Source of the DNA: Acidimicrobiia bacterium
GTDB lineage: Bacteria > Actinomycetota > Acidimicrobiia > Spongiisociales > ZC4RG35
Assembly: GCA_965216495.1 (NCBI GenBank)
Contig: OZ244163.1
Coordinates: 1,597,672 to 1,661,671 of the forward strand
Reading direction: 5' to 3'
Length of the DNA stretch: 64,000 bases
Shown here piece by piece: positions 1 through 9,191 of the stretch. The position numbers were made by a program, and so were the translations under genes. Under the pieces are notes generated by a model. The model did no database searches, had not been told where the DNA came from, and worked only from the letters and a program-made list of their open reading frames with translations. Positions within the stretch are counted from its first letter, which is position 1. Each line of letters starts with the position of its first letter.

Positions 1-644
1 AGAAGGATGACTATGAAACCTGGGCTGTCCCGTATCTACCTATCGACCCGATGCATGTTGGCCGAACCTATGAGGCAGTAATCCGCGTCAACTCTCAGTC
101 GGGCAAGGGTGGTGTGGCCTACGTCATGAAGGAAGAACATGGCTTTGATCTGCCACGCAGACTCCAGATTGAGTTCTCAAAAGCAATCCAGGCGATCACT
201 GAGGACACCGGGACGGAGATCACGCCAGCCTCGATGTGGAATGCATTTCAGAACGAGTACTTCGCTCCCGACCCTGTTGTGGCCCTGCGTAGCCACGAGC
301 TGCACACTGAAACTACTGAGGAGGCGGGTCACACCAAGGTTTCGGCTCAGCTGCTGGTTCGTGGCCAGCCAATGACTATCCAAGGCGAGGGCGACGGTCC
401 TGTCGAAGCGTTAGTCAGCGCGATAAGAGCCCAAGGGGATCACAGCTTCGACGTTGTGGATTATGCCGAGCACGCCATCGGTCGCGGGGCTGCGGCGCGC
501 GCGGTCGCATATGTCGAGACCGTGTCCGACGAGGGCGTGAATCGATGGGGCATTGGGATTGACTCCAACATCACCACGGCATCGCTGAAGGCGGTGGTTG
601 CGGCGTTCGGTCGACACGAACAGGCCCGTCAGCGCCTTGGCTAG
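1..644 (+). CDS. leuA: 2-isopropylmalate synthase, C-terminal part (5' truncated by window edge)
   Basis: WAVPYLPIDP...GRTYEAVIRVNSQSGKGG motif and C-terminal regulatory domain (GxGPVEA, YAEHA, WGIG..NITTASLKA). The frame is open from the window start. Confidence 0.95.
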   Translation, partial: KDDYETWAVPYLPIDPMHVGRTYEAVIRVNSQSGKGGVAYVMKEEHGFDLPRRLQIEFSKAIQAITEDTGTEITPASMWNAFQNEYFAPDPVVALRSHELHTETTEEAGHTKVSAQLLVRGQPMTIQGEGDGPVEALVSAIRAQGDHSFDVVDYAEHAIGRGAAARAVAYVETVSDEGVNRWGIGIDSNITTASLKAVVAAFGRHEQARQRLG

Positions 645-718
645 GAACTCCTGAGACTCGGCCCGGCAAGGGAGTTGCTTGCATCGAGCCGAAACCGAAC
701 GCCACTAGCCTACCCACG

Positions 719-1576
719 ATGCCCAATCATGATCAGGACGAGAAAGACTTAGTCCTAGACGAGGTCAGCGAGAAGTTTGAGGCGTTCCAGGCACTGCGAA
801 AAGCCGATAATGCGGCTGCGGATCAGATACTTAACAGCTTGGGTGCTCAGGATGACGTCGACCGCGACATCATTCTGGAGGTCTCCTCTCCCAGAGCCAT
901 CGGTCACCCAAAACGATTCCCGGAAGCTCACCGATTAGCGGTCCGAGCCCTAGAGGTTCTCGACCGGAACGGAGGACGTGCAGTGACCGTTTCAGGTCTC
1001 GGACCTTTGAGTCCGATCGCTGGTTTCCTGGCCCAGCAAGTAGCCCAACTGATAATCCGCATGCATCAGTCCAACCTGGCCGATCACATCCTTCATCTGT
1101 ATGAGAGGCGCGAAGCCAACATGGACGACGATGATCCGCATCGCTTGATGGTGACCCGTGCCAGGATCCAAATGAAGCGGATCGCACCTGGCTTCAAAAG
1201 AAATGCCCTTGAAGTACCGCTCTTTGTCGTCGCGGGCGCCGGGGCATCCACAGCCCTGAGGCTCGTTTCCGATGCGGTGCTCGCTGCATTCAGCAGTCTC
1301 GTAGGCAAAGTGATTGCGGTGGTGGTGATTGGTTTGGTCGTGGCTGGCCTGGCTTGGGTTGTCTTGCGGGGTGCCGCGGTCGCACGGCGTCGCATAACTC
1401 TCACTACCGACGGTCCAATGCAAGCTCTATGGGAGACAGTTGGTCGCGCAGGATTGCCTCCTCAAGATCCGTCGCGGGTATTCGCTTTGATCGCGCTGAT
1501 CTTTGCCCTGCTCCCTTGGGTGCTGATTCCTCTCGGTATCGCTGTGTCTTGGCTTACCGACCTGGCCGCTACCTAG
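719..1576 (+). CDS. Hypothetical membrane protein
   Basis: 285-aa ORF with about 3 hydrophobic C-terminal segments and a TAGCCT -10-like hexamer 7 nt before the ATG. Confidence 0.75.
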   Translation: MPNHDQDEKDLVLDEVSEKFEAFQALRKADNAAADQILNSLGAQDDVDRDIILEVSSPRAIGHPKRFPEAHRLAVRALEVLDRNGGRAVTVSGLGPLSPIAGFLAQQVAQLIIRMHQSNLADHILHLYERREANMDDDDPHRLMVTRARIQMKRIAPGFKRNALEVPLFVVAGAGASTALRLVSDAVLAAFSSLVGKVIAVVVIGLVVAGLAWVVLRGAAVARRRITLTTDGPMQALWETVGRAGLPPQDPSRVFALIALIFALLPWVLIPLGIAVSWLTDLAAT

Positions 1577-3438
1577 GCTCCCGAGGCATGGGTTCCGGGC
1601 AGTTGGATGATCTCGGCGCCACCTTCCTCTACTCGAGTAGCGGTGAGCGGGAGTGGCAACTCCAGGGTGAACTCCGTCCAATCACCGTTGCGAGCGTATA
1701 TCAGATCACCAGTCATCAAGCGGGCCAGTCTGCGAGCGACTGTTAAGCCGAGGCCTACCGAGGCCGGCTCCGTCGACGAATGGTGGGCACGCTCGTAGCG
1801 CTCGAAGATCACGTCAACGAGTTCTTCTGCGACACCGTCCCCGTTATCAGCCACCACGATCTTTACCGAGCTGTCCGTTTGCTCAGCGAAGATGCGTATG
1901 CGACTACCTCCGTATCGACGTGCGTTGACAACCAGATTCCGGATGATTTGCCTGACACGACCGGGATCTGCCCGGACGGTCAGGTCGTGAACATCAATGT
2001 CGACCTCGTCAAACCACTCCATCAGCCCGGAGCGTTCGATCGATTCAACCGCCGCGGCAACTCGAACATCTGCCATGGATATTGCGAGGTCCTCGTTGTC
2101 CATCCGGGCAGCGACCAATAGATCCGCCACGATGTCGGCCACGTCGTTGGCCTGTTCGGCGATTACCCGGATGAGGTCGGCCTGCTCTTCGCTTCGGAAG
2201 TCGGAGCCGCGGTCGCGGAGTTCCGCCGAGAGTCCTACGACCGAGGCCAGTGGGGTCCGTAACTCATGGCTGACCGAGGCAATGAAGTCGTCCTTTGAGG
2301 CAAGGAGCACTTCGAGACGCTCAAAGGCTTGGCGCCGCGTGACGAATCCGCCAATCATGTGGCCAGCAGCATGGAGCAAACTGCGGTCCGCCTCAGACCA
2401 AACGCCTCGCTCCTGGGCATTGGTTAGACCGATGACACCCCACCATTTGCCTTCCACGAAGATCGGGATGTTCAGCTCGGACACGATCTGTCGTTGCCTG
2501 AAGGTGGTCGTTTCCCAATCAGTCATGACCTCTTGCGTAATCGAGAAGACCCGGCCGGATTCGAGCTCCGCCCTACCGCTCTTCTTGGCCCAAGGAATCG
2601 GGTCCCAGTCGACGTAGGTCTCATTCTCCGACATCGGGTCCTGGCCTACCTCGGAGATCACGTCCGCACACAATCCAAGGGTGGGGTGTTGGATGTTCCG
2701 GCTTACAAACAATGACGCGCCGTCCGTCGCCTCGAGGAGTTGGGATAGCGCTTGTTCGAGCCCTCGTCCATCCCAGTCGTTCAGGAGCATGTCCGAGGCG
2801 TTGGCAAGTGCTTCTTGGAGTCTGAGGCGCTGCACGGTTCTCATCCGGTCTCGGTTCATGACCTTCACCAGCGTCATCAGGACCCCCAAGAATGCACCAA
2901 CGAACAGCAAGCCAGCGATCGACCCTACGACAGCTGCCCGTGTCTGCGACAGGGTCGGCCCTTCGAGAACACGAACGATCGCCACGAACCACAGGCCTGC
3001 GTAGGCTGAGGCTGCGAGTGCCCACCTGGCTGTCAGCTGGAGCATCGCGTTGAGGATGATGTAGCCCAACGGCAATCCGAGCGCCGAGTCCGGTACGCCA
3101 GCGACGTGCATTCCGAAGTAGATGACAGTTATGTCGATGAAGACAGAGACTGTCGGTTGAGAAGAATCGTTGCGGGCCAGGCGGATCGCTGCGTCAGTAG
3201 CGGTGACGGCTGCCAGCACGGCCACCGAATACCCCTCTGGCCAACTCCATGTGACTGCGAGCACCAGTGAGGCGAAGATGAAGAGCAGCCCAGCCGCGAG
3301 TCGGGAGGTCTGCAGTACTCGTGTGAATCGCTCTTGTTGTCCAACCGGCGCGGACACGCCGATCCGTTGCCACCGATCGAGGCCTTCGAACGTCTCCCTG
3401 AGCGGGTTGGCGCTCGGATTGAATCCCGTTAACCCCAC
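1573..3438 (-). CDS. Membrane sensor histidine kinase with GAF-like domain
   Basis: N-terminal TM helices, GAF-like segment (NIPIFVEGKWWGVIGL), H-box SHELRTPL, N-box RNLVVNA, G boxes DNGDG/GLGL. Confidence 0.9.
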   Translation of the reverse strand: MGLTGFNPSANPLRETFEGLDRWQRIGVSAPVGQQERFTRVLQTSRLAAGLLFIFASLVLAVTWSWPEGYSVAVLAAVTATDAAIRLARNDSSQPTVSVFIDITVIYFGMHVAGVPDSALGLPLGYIILNAMLQLTARWALAASAYAGLWFVAIVRVLEGPTLSQTRAAVVGSIAGLLFVGAFLGVLMTLVKVMNRDRMRTVQRLRLQEALANASDMLLNDWDGRGLEQALSQLLEATDGASLFVSRNIQHPTLGLCADVISEVGQDPMSENETYVDWDPIPWAKKSGRAELESGRVFSITQEVMTDWETTTFRQRQIVSELNIPIFVEGKWWGVIGLTNAQERGVWSEADRSLLHAAGHMIGGFVTRRQAFERLEVLLASKDDFIASVSHELRTPLASVVGLSAELRDRGSDFRSEEQADLIRVIAEQANDVADIVADLLVAARMDNEDLAISMADVRVAAAVESIERSGLMEWFDEVDIDVHDLTVRADPGRVRQIIRNLVVNARRYGGSRIRIFAEQTDSSVKIVVADNGDGVAEELVDVIFERYERAHHSSTEPASVGLGLTVARRLARLMTGDLIYARNGDWTEFTLELPLPLTATRVEEGGAEIIQLPGTHASGA

Positions 3439-3445
3439 CTGGATG

Positions 3446-3473
3446 TTATCGGCGGATTCGCCCTAATCCTTGA
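3446..3473 (-). promoter_or_regulatory. Sigma-28 (FliA/WhiG)-like promoter
   Basis: Minus strand reads TCAAG-N15-GCCGATAA just upstream of the kinase start. Confidence 0.6.
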
Positions 3474-3501
3474 TGTCCCCGAGGTAGGTCGGGAGGCCTG
3501 C

Positions 3502-4362
3502 TCAGTATCGCTGTGTGACGAACGTTTGCTCGTCGATTGGCGTCCGAACGTAGGGGAAATCGTCACGGTCGGGCAGCGTCACGGGATCGGGGACGATGTC
3601 CTCGTATTCGAACTGATCGAGAATGTGGCTTATGCAGTTCAAGCGGGCACGGCGTTTGTCGTCGGACGGCACCACAAACCAAGGAGCCTGTTTGATGTCC
3701 GTGTACTGGAACGTCATGTCCTTAGCCTGGGAGTACTTGACGTACAACTGATGCTCGGCAAGATCCATTTCGGAGAGCTTCCACCGCTTCAACGGCTCCT
3801 CGTTGCGTGATTCGAATCGGCGGCGCTGCTCTTCCCAGCTCACAGAGAACCAATACTTGAGAACCTTGATCCCTGAGCGAACGAGCATCCTCTCAAACTC
3901 GGGACAGCTACGCAGAAACTCCTGATGTTCCTCAGGTGTGCAGAAACCCATCACCCACTCCACATTCGAGCGGTTGTACCAACTGCGATCAAACAGAACG
4001 ATCTCGCCGGCCGCGGGAAGATGGGCCACATAACGCTGGAAATACCATTGGGTTTGCTCTCGATCCGTTGGCTTCGGCAGAGCCACGACTCGCACCTGTC
4101 TAGGGCTGGTTCGCTCGGTAATCCTCTTGATTACGCCGCCTTTGCCTGCCGAACCACGACCTTCGAAGATGATGAGAACTTTCATGTTTCGGTGCTGGAC
4201 CCAGAACTGGAGTTTCACCAACTCCTCTTGCATCCGCGCTAACTCAGCCTCGTAGAAGTCTTTACGTAGACGTCCCGTGGCGGTGTAGTTCTCCACCCCA
4301 GCCGGAGTACCGGCCTGTACGGGGTCGTTAGCGCCGGCGGGGATCTGCGATGTTCGTGTCAC
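3502..4362 (-). CDS. ppk2: Polyphosphate kinase 2
   Basis: FEGRGSAGKGG Walker A, QWYFQRY, FDRSWYNR and DDKRRARLN motifs. GTG start at 4362 chosen because TAGGCT lies just upstream. Confidence 0.95.
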   Translation of the reverse strand: MTRTSQIPAGANDPVQAGTPAGVENYTATGRLRKDFYEAELARMQEELVKLQFWVQHRNMKVLIIFEGRGSAGKGGVIKRITERTSPRQVRVVALPKPTDREQTQWYFQRYVAHLPAAGEIVLFDRSWYNRSNVEWVMGFCTPEEHQEFLRSCPEFERMLVRSGIKVLKYWFSVSWEEQRRRFESRNEEPLKRWKLSEMDLAEHQLYVKYSQAKDMTFQYTDIKQAPWFVVPSDDKRRARLNCISHILDQFEYEDIVPDPVTLPDRDDFPYVRTPIDEQTFVTQRY

Positions 4363-4437
4363 GAGACTCAGCCTAGAGCGCCGCTGCCGACCGTGGGCGA
4401 ATGAGTATGATCGGCCCAACTCAACGAAGGGGTATCG

Positions 4438-5109
4438 GTGGACGACGTCGTACAAGATCTATTGAAAGCTCTGCCATTGGGGCAGATCGCCAGCCAAGTG
4501 GACGCGCAGCAAAGCGAGGTGGAAAGCGCGATTGCAATGGCCGCACCCGCACTTCTTAGCGGGATGAACGCCAATGCTCAGTCCTCCGGCGAAGGTCTGA
4601 TGTCGTTGGTCAATGCCCTCGCATCAGACCACGACGGTTCGCTTCTCGAAGCCCACGATCCTTTCGGACTGCTTGACCTGGCTGACGGAGCCAAGATCGT
4701 CGATCACGTGTTTGGCGATAACAAAGAAGCCGTTGCTACGAGGTTGGGTGGAGCTGGCCAACAGTCCCTCTTCTCGAAGCTGCTCCCGATCATCGCCCCG
4801 TTTGTGATGGCCTGGCTGTCCAAGAAGATGGGTGGCGCTCTCCAGCCGCAGACCGCAGAACGTTCCGGCGGCGGTCTTGGTGACATTTTGGGAGGCATGC
4901 TCGGCGGTGGTTCCGGCGGTGGATTGGGCGATCTCCTCGGCGGCATGCTCGGCGGTGGTTCGCGTGATTCATCCGCACAAGGTCCCGATTTGGGTGGGAT
5001 CCTTGACATCCTCGGAGGGTTGGCTGGCGGTCAGTCCGGAGGACAGAGTGGCGCGAATATGCCTCCTGGAATGCCTGACCTTTCTGACCTGCTCGGTGGG
5101 GGTCGCTGA
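4438..5109 (+). CDS. DUF937-family protein
   Basis: Characteristic HDGS...DGAKIVDHVFG...LLPIIAPFVMAWL core and Gly-rich GLGDILGG repeats. Confidence 0.75.
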   Translation: MDDVVQDLLKALPLGQIASQVDAQQSEVESAIAMAAPALLSGMNANAQSSGEGLMSLVNALASDHDGSLLEAHDPFGLLDLADGAKIVDHVFGDNKEAVATRLGGAGQQSLFSKLLPIIAPFVMAWLSKKMGGALQPQTAERSGGGLGDILGGMLGGGSGGGLGDLLGGMLGGGSRDSSAQGPDLGGILDILGGLAGGQSGGQSGANMPPGMPDLSDLLGGGR

Positions 5110-5113
5110 GAGA

Positions 5114-5452
5114 TCAATCCAGAGACAAGGAGCGGCAGTCACCCCTAGCCTGAATATCGACTAGAACGCCTGCCGGTCTCACCCCAATGTCGGCCATCGC
5201 GTCAAGGAGTAGGCGGGTGCCGGTCACTGAGCACCTACCGGCTTTCATCGATGTGATGATATCGGGGCATTTGAGCAGCCCGAGGAGGCTGCATTCCTCG
5301 ATCAAAGCCCACTCGACCTCACCGTTCCACTGGTCGTCATCGAAGGTGAGCCCGATAGATTGAACTGTGGTCGATACATGCACATCTGTCGTGGTGTTGG
5401 GGGCGCACCCCGTCAACAGAAGCAACACGACCAAGGCGCGACTAAGCGACAT
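5114..5452 (-). CDS. Hypothetical lipoprotein
   Basis: MSLSRALVVLLLLTGC lipobox-like signal. ATG at 5452 is in frame with the tracked ORF. Confidence 0.55.
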   Translation of the reverse strand: MSLSRALVVLLLLTGCAPNTTTDVHVSTTVQSIGLTFDDDQWNGEVEWALIEECSLLGLLKCPDIITSMKAGRCSVTGTRLLLDAMADIGVRPAGVLVDIQARGDCRSLSLD

Positions 5453-5547
5453 GTGACTCACGTTAAGGGGGCGAGGTTTTTTGAACGTTAAGCCTCGAAT
5501 TGACTTCCAGTGGACTTGAGGTTCTACGGTGGAACCGAAGATGAGCA

Positions 5548-7368
5548 TTGATGGTTAGCGGACAAAAGACCGACCCGCGGGCAGGCCTTGGAGAGGGTCG
5601 ACACCTGATTGCGCGCCAGCTACGGCGTGCGCCGAAGGAGTTCACGTTTGGTGGTGCTGGGGCGGTTCTTTACGCCGCGATGACGATTCTGTCGTCTTTC
5701 GTTGTGGGTTGGATCACCGATGATGTCCTATTGCCAGCCGTGGAGGCCGGCAACGTTCAACTAACAACGCTCGCGGCGGCGGCTGGTGCAGTGTTTGGTG
5801 TTGCAGCTGCTCGAGGCCTTGGAATAACAGTGCGGCGAATGGGTGCCTATTACGCCCAGCACCGCCTTCAGTATCGAGACAGAATTGAGGTAACAGGGAA
5901 GTATCTCGATCTGCCCTTCGAGTGGCATCGTCGTCACCCGACAGGTCAATTGTTGGCCAATGCGAACGAGGACGTCGAGGCTGCCTCGTTCATCGCCGCT
6001 CCCCTACCGATGGCATTCGGAGTGGTGCTCATGTTGATCGTCACTGCCGCCCTCTTGATTGTGACAGACCCATACCTTGCCGTGGTCGGCTTTCTCGTTG
6101 GTCCATCTCTGATGGCTGTCAATTACACCTATCAGCGTCGCATGCGGCGGGTGGCAGCGGCAGCACAAACCCTCCGGGCGGAGGTGGCGGACATTGCGCA
6201 CGAGTCGTTTGATGCGGCTCTAGTTGTGAAGACACTTGGTCGAGAGGACGACGAGGTTGGCCGGTTCGGCCAATCCTCGGATGCTCTTCGCGATCGCATG
6301 GTCGAGGTAGGGAAAATCAGGGCCCTCTTTGATCCGATCATCGAGTCGTTGCCAACGATCGGGATTCTGGCTGTACTCGTGGTCGGAGCGTGGCGAGTTG
6401 ACCGCGGGCTGCTGGCACCTGGCACCCTGGTCACGTTCGCATACCTCTTTCGTCTTGTCGCATTGCCGATGCGCGTTTTTGGATGGCTACTTGGGGAGTT
6501 GCCTAGGTCAGTGGTGGGACTCAGCCGCGTCGAATCAGTGCTATCTACTTCTGAGACCGTCGAATACGGTGACCGCACCCTGCTGGCGGCCGGAGGGGCG
6601 AGCGCGACCGTTGAGAATCTCTCCTACTCGTACCCGACGGTAGATGTCGTCGATCTTGGAGTTGAGGACCAAGGGAGGGTGTCGGCTAGTTCTCAAGGCA
6701 TCGATGCGGTCACGCTGGAGGTATCCCCGGGCCGGACTGTCGCGCTCGTAGGGCCAACAGGGTCTGGCAAGTCCACGATCGCTCATCTGATGGTCCGTCT
6801 CTTCGATCCTGACACCGGTGAGGTGAGCCTTGATGGCCACACCTTGGATGATCTCGAACGGACGACTCTTGCCTCTTCGGTTGCCATAGTCTTCCAAGAG
6901 ACGTTTCTGTTCAACGATTCGATCTTCAACAACATCTCGCTAGACGAGGACTACTCACTCGATGAGGTGCGGACCGCAGCCCAGCTGGCGAGAGCCGACG
7001 ATTTCATAATGAGCCTCGAAAAGGGATATTCGACTGTTGTGGGAGAGCGAGGTGCCACATTGTCGGGTGGTCAGCGTCAGCGGGTCGCAATCGCGAGGGC
7101 CCTGGTTCGGAGTCCAAAGCTGCTGGTCCTCGACGACGCCACCTCGGCCGTGGACCCATCGATCGAAGCCGAGATCCTCGAAGGTCTGCGAGACCTGGAT
7201 ACGACCGTTGTTCTGGTTGCCTACCGCCGTTCCTCCATCCTTCTGGCGGATGAAGTGGTCTATATCGAGGACGGGCGAGTTGTGGCCCGTGGCAAACACC
7301 AAAGCCTCTACGGCGGGGTTACCGGGTATCGACAGTTGATTGATGCTTACGAGAAGGACGCATCGTGA
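5548..7368 (+). CDS. ABC exporter, fused permease/ATPase subunit 1
   Basis: TM domain plus GPTGSGKS, LSGGQ and LVLDD (degenerate Walker B). Confidence 0.95.
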   Translation: MMVSGQKTDPRAGLGEGRHLIARQLRRAPKEFTFGGAGAVLYAAMTILSSFVVGWITDDVLLPAVEAGNVQLTTLAAAAGAVFGVAAARGLGITVRRMGAYYAQHRLQYRDRIEVTGKYLDLPFEWHRRHPTGQLLANANEDVEAASFIAAPLPMAFGVVLMLIVTAALLIVTDPYLAVVGFLVGPSLMAVNYTYQRRMRRVAAAAQTLRAEVADIAHESFDAALVVKTLGREDDEVGRFGQSSDALRDRMVEVGKIRALFDPIIESLPTIGILAVLVVGAWRVDRGLLAPGTLVTFAYLFRLVALPMRVFGWLLGELPRSVVGLSRVESVLSTSETVEYGDRTLLAAGGASATVENLSYSYPTVDVVDLGVEDQGRVSASSQGIDAVTLEVSPGRTVALVGPTGSGKSTIAHLMVRLFDPDTGEVSLDGHTLDDLERTTLASSVAIVFQETFLFNDSIFNNISLDEDYSLDEVRTAAQLARADDFIMSLEKGYSTVVGERGATLSGGQRQRVAIARALVRSPKLLVLDDATSAVDPSIEAEILEGLRDLDTTVVLVAYRRSSILLADEVVYIEDGRVVARGKHQSLYGGVTGYRQLIDAYEKDAS

Positions 7369-9191
7369 GATCCAATCGCGGTGCGCTTGACACGATCCGG
7401 GAAGGGCTTCGTCTCTCCCCGGAGTTGAAGCGTGGTCTCCTCGGAACCGTTCTCATTGCGTGTATTGCTACAGCGGGTCGCGTGGTTGTGCCTATTGCTG
7501 TTCAACAAGTGATCGATAGAGGCTTGCTCGGCGGAGATGTCGATATGGACTTCGTCATCCGAATGGGGCTTTTTGCCCTGGCTGCCGTGGTGGTGACGGG
7601 GGCGGCCACAGCGTTTATGCACCTCCGACTCGCGGAGATCTCGGAGACAGCTCTGTCTGGTATTCGCATCAGGGCATTTCGACACATCCACAATCTGTCG
7701 ATGCTTCACCAGGCATCTGAGCAGCGTGGGGTTCTCGTAGCTCGCGTCACCTCCGATGTCGACCAGATCAGCAGATTCATGCAGTGGGCTGGTCTCATGC
7801 TCCTGGTGAATGGGCTGCAGGCGGCTATTGCATTGAGCGTTATGTTCACGCTCTCCTGGCGACTCGCCTTGATCGTTGCGTTGGCCGTGCCCTTTATCGC
7901 ACTAGTGATTCGCTTCTTTCAGTCGAGGTTGAGAGTTGCCTTCCTCACCGTGCGTGAGCGTGTGGGCCTCATGCTGGCGTTGATCGCCGAGACCGTGGTC
8001 GGATCCCCGGTGATCCGGGCTTACGGAACCGAGCGTCGAACAAGGGAACGTCTCCACGAAGCAATCGAATCTCATAGGGTGTCGGCCACTCGGGCCGGAC
8101 GGCTGTCGGCCACGTTTTCGGGCGTAGGTGAGCTGATGTCTGCCGTTGTTGTGGCTGCAGTGATCGCTGTGGGAACGATTTTGGCAGCGTCCGGCATAAC
8201 CAGTGTCGGGACGGTTGTGGCCTTTCTTTTCCTTGTCCAGCTGTTTGTTCAGCCGGTGCAATTCATGGGAGAGGCTGTCAACGAGGCTCAGACGGCGGTC
8301 GCCGGATGGAGTCGGGTGCTCGATATCCTTGCTATCGCTCCAGATGTGAAGGATCCAGGAGTCGCAGGCGTTGACCTCCCTTCGGGCGAGTTGGGCGTGG
8401 AGTTCAACTCGGTGCACTTCAGGTACCCCCGGCCCGGACAGACGGCTGCAGAGGCCGATACACCCGCGGTGCTGCAAGACATCAATGTAGATATTCCGGC
8501 TCGGCAGTCCGTTGCGATTGTTGGTGAGACCGGTTCAGGAAAGACCACGTTCGCCAAGCTGCTGACCCGACTGATGGATCCCTCGAGCGGCTCAGTTCGG
8601 GTCGGTAGGGCGGATTTGAAGCGAGTCCGTTTCGACTCGCTGAGGGAGAGGGTCGTCATGGTGCCGCAGGAAGGGGTGCTGTTCCGAGGCACGATCGGTG
8701 ACAATGTGAGAATGGGCCGTCCGGGCGCCAGCAAGCGTGAGATCGAACTGGTGTTTCAAGAGCTTGGGCTCGAAGGTTGGCTGACAGAAACCGCAAACGG
8801 AATTGACACCCAAGTTGGAGAGAGGGGCGACTCTCTGTCGGTCGGCGAAAGGCAGCTCGTCACCCTGGCGCGCGCTGCGATAGCTGACCCGGATCTTCTT
8901 GTCTTGGACGAGGCGACCTCGTCGGTAGATCCGGCCACGGAGGCTCGAATCGCAGTTGCTTTGTCCCAGTTGAGTCGGGGGCGCACCGTCGTGACGATTG
9001 CTCACCGGTTGTCATCTGCTGAGACGGCTGATCGCGTACTCGTTTTTGACCAAGGTCGAATCGTCCAGGATGGTCCCCATCACGAACTGGCCGCCAAGCC
9101 CGGGATTTACCGGGGGCTCTTTGAGTCTTGGCGCAAGGGGACTTCGAGTCAGGGCAGTTCCACCTCGACCATGGCCCCGCCCCACCCATAG
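7365..9191 (+). CDS. ABC exporter, fused permease/ATPase subunit 2
   Basis: TM domain plus GETGSGKT, LSVGERQ, LVLDEATS and AHRL. GTGA overlap with the upstream gene indicates a heterodimeric exporter pair. Confidence 0.95.
   Translation: MRSNRGALDTIREGLRLSPELKRGLLGTVLIACIATAGRVVVPIAVQQVIDRGLLGGDVDMDFVIRMGLFALAAVVVTGAATAFMHLRLAEISETALSGIRIRAFRHIHNLSMLHQASEQRGVLVARVTSDVDQISRFMQWAGLMLLVNGLQAAIALSVMFTLSWRLALIVALAVPFIALVIRFFQSRLRVAFLTVRERVGLMLALIAETVVGSPVIRAYGTERRTRERLHEAIESHRVSATRAGRLSATFSGVGELMSAVVVAAVIAVGTILAASGITSVGTVVAFLFLVQLFVQPVQFMGEAVNEAQTAVAGWSRVLDILAIAPDVKDPGVAGVDLPSGELGVEFNSVHFRYPRPGQTAAEADTPAVLQDINVDIPARQSVAIVGETGSGKTTFAKLLTRLMDPSSGSVRVGRADLKRVRFDSLRERVVMVPQEGVLFRGTIGDNVRMGRPGASKREIELVFQELGLEGWLTETANGIDTQVGERGDSLSVGERQLVTLARAAIADPDLLVLDEATSSVDPATEARIAVALSQLSRGRTVVTIAHRLSSAETADRVLVFDQGRIVQDGPHHELAAKPGIYRGLFESWRKGTSSQGSSTSTMAPPHP

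Noticed and set aside
656-692. Imperfect hairpin after leuA
   Set aside because: It has no U-tract and no second copy in the window, so it is at most a weak terminator
4866-4961. 48-bp-period direct repeat (GGCATGCTCGGCGGTGGTTC at 4894 and 4942)
   Set aside because: It encodes the Gly-rich GLGDxLGGMLGGG repeats typical of DUF937 tails and is not a CRISPR or regulatory array
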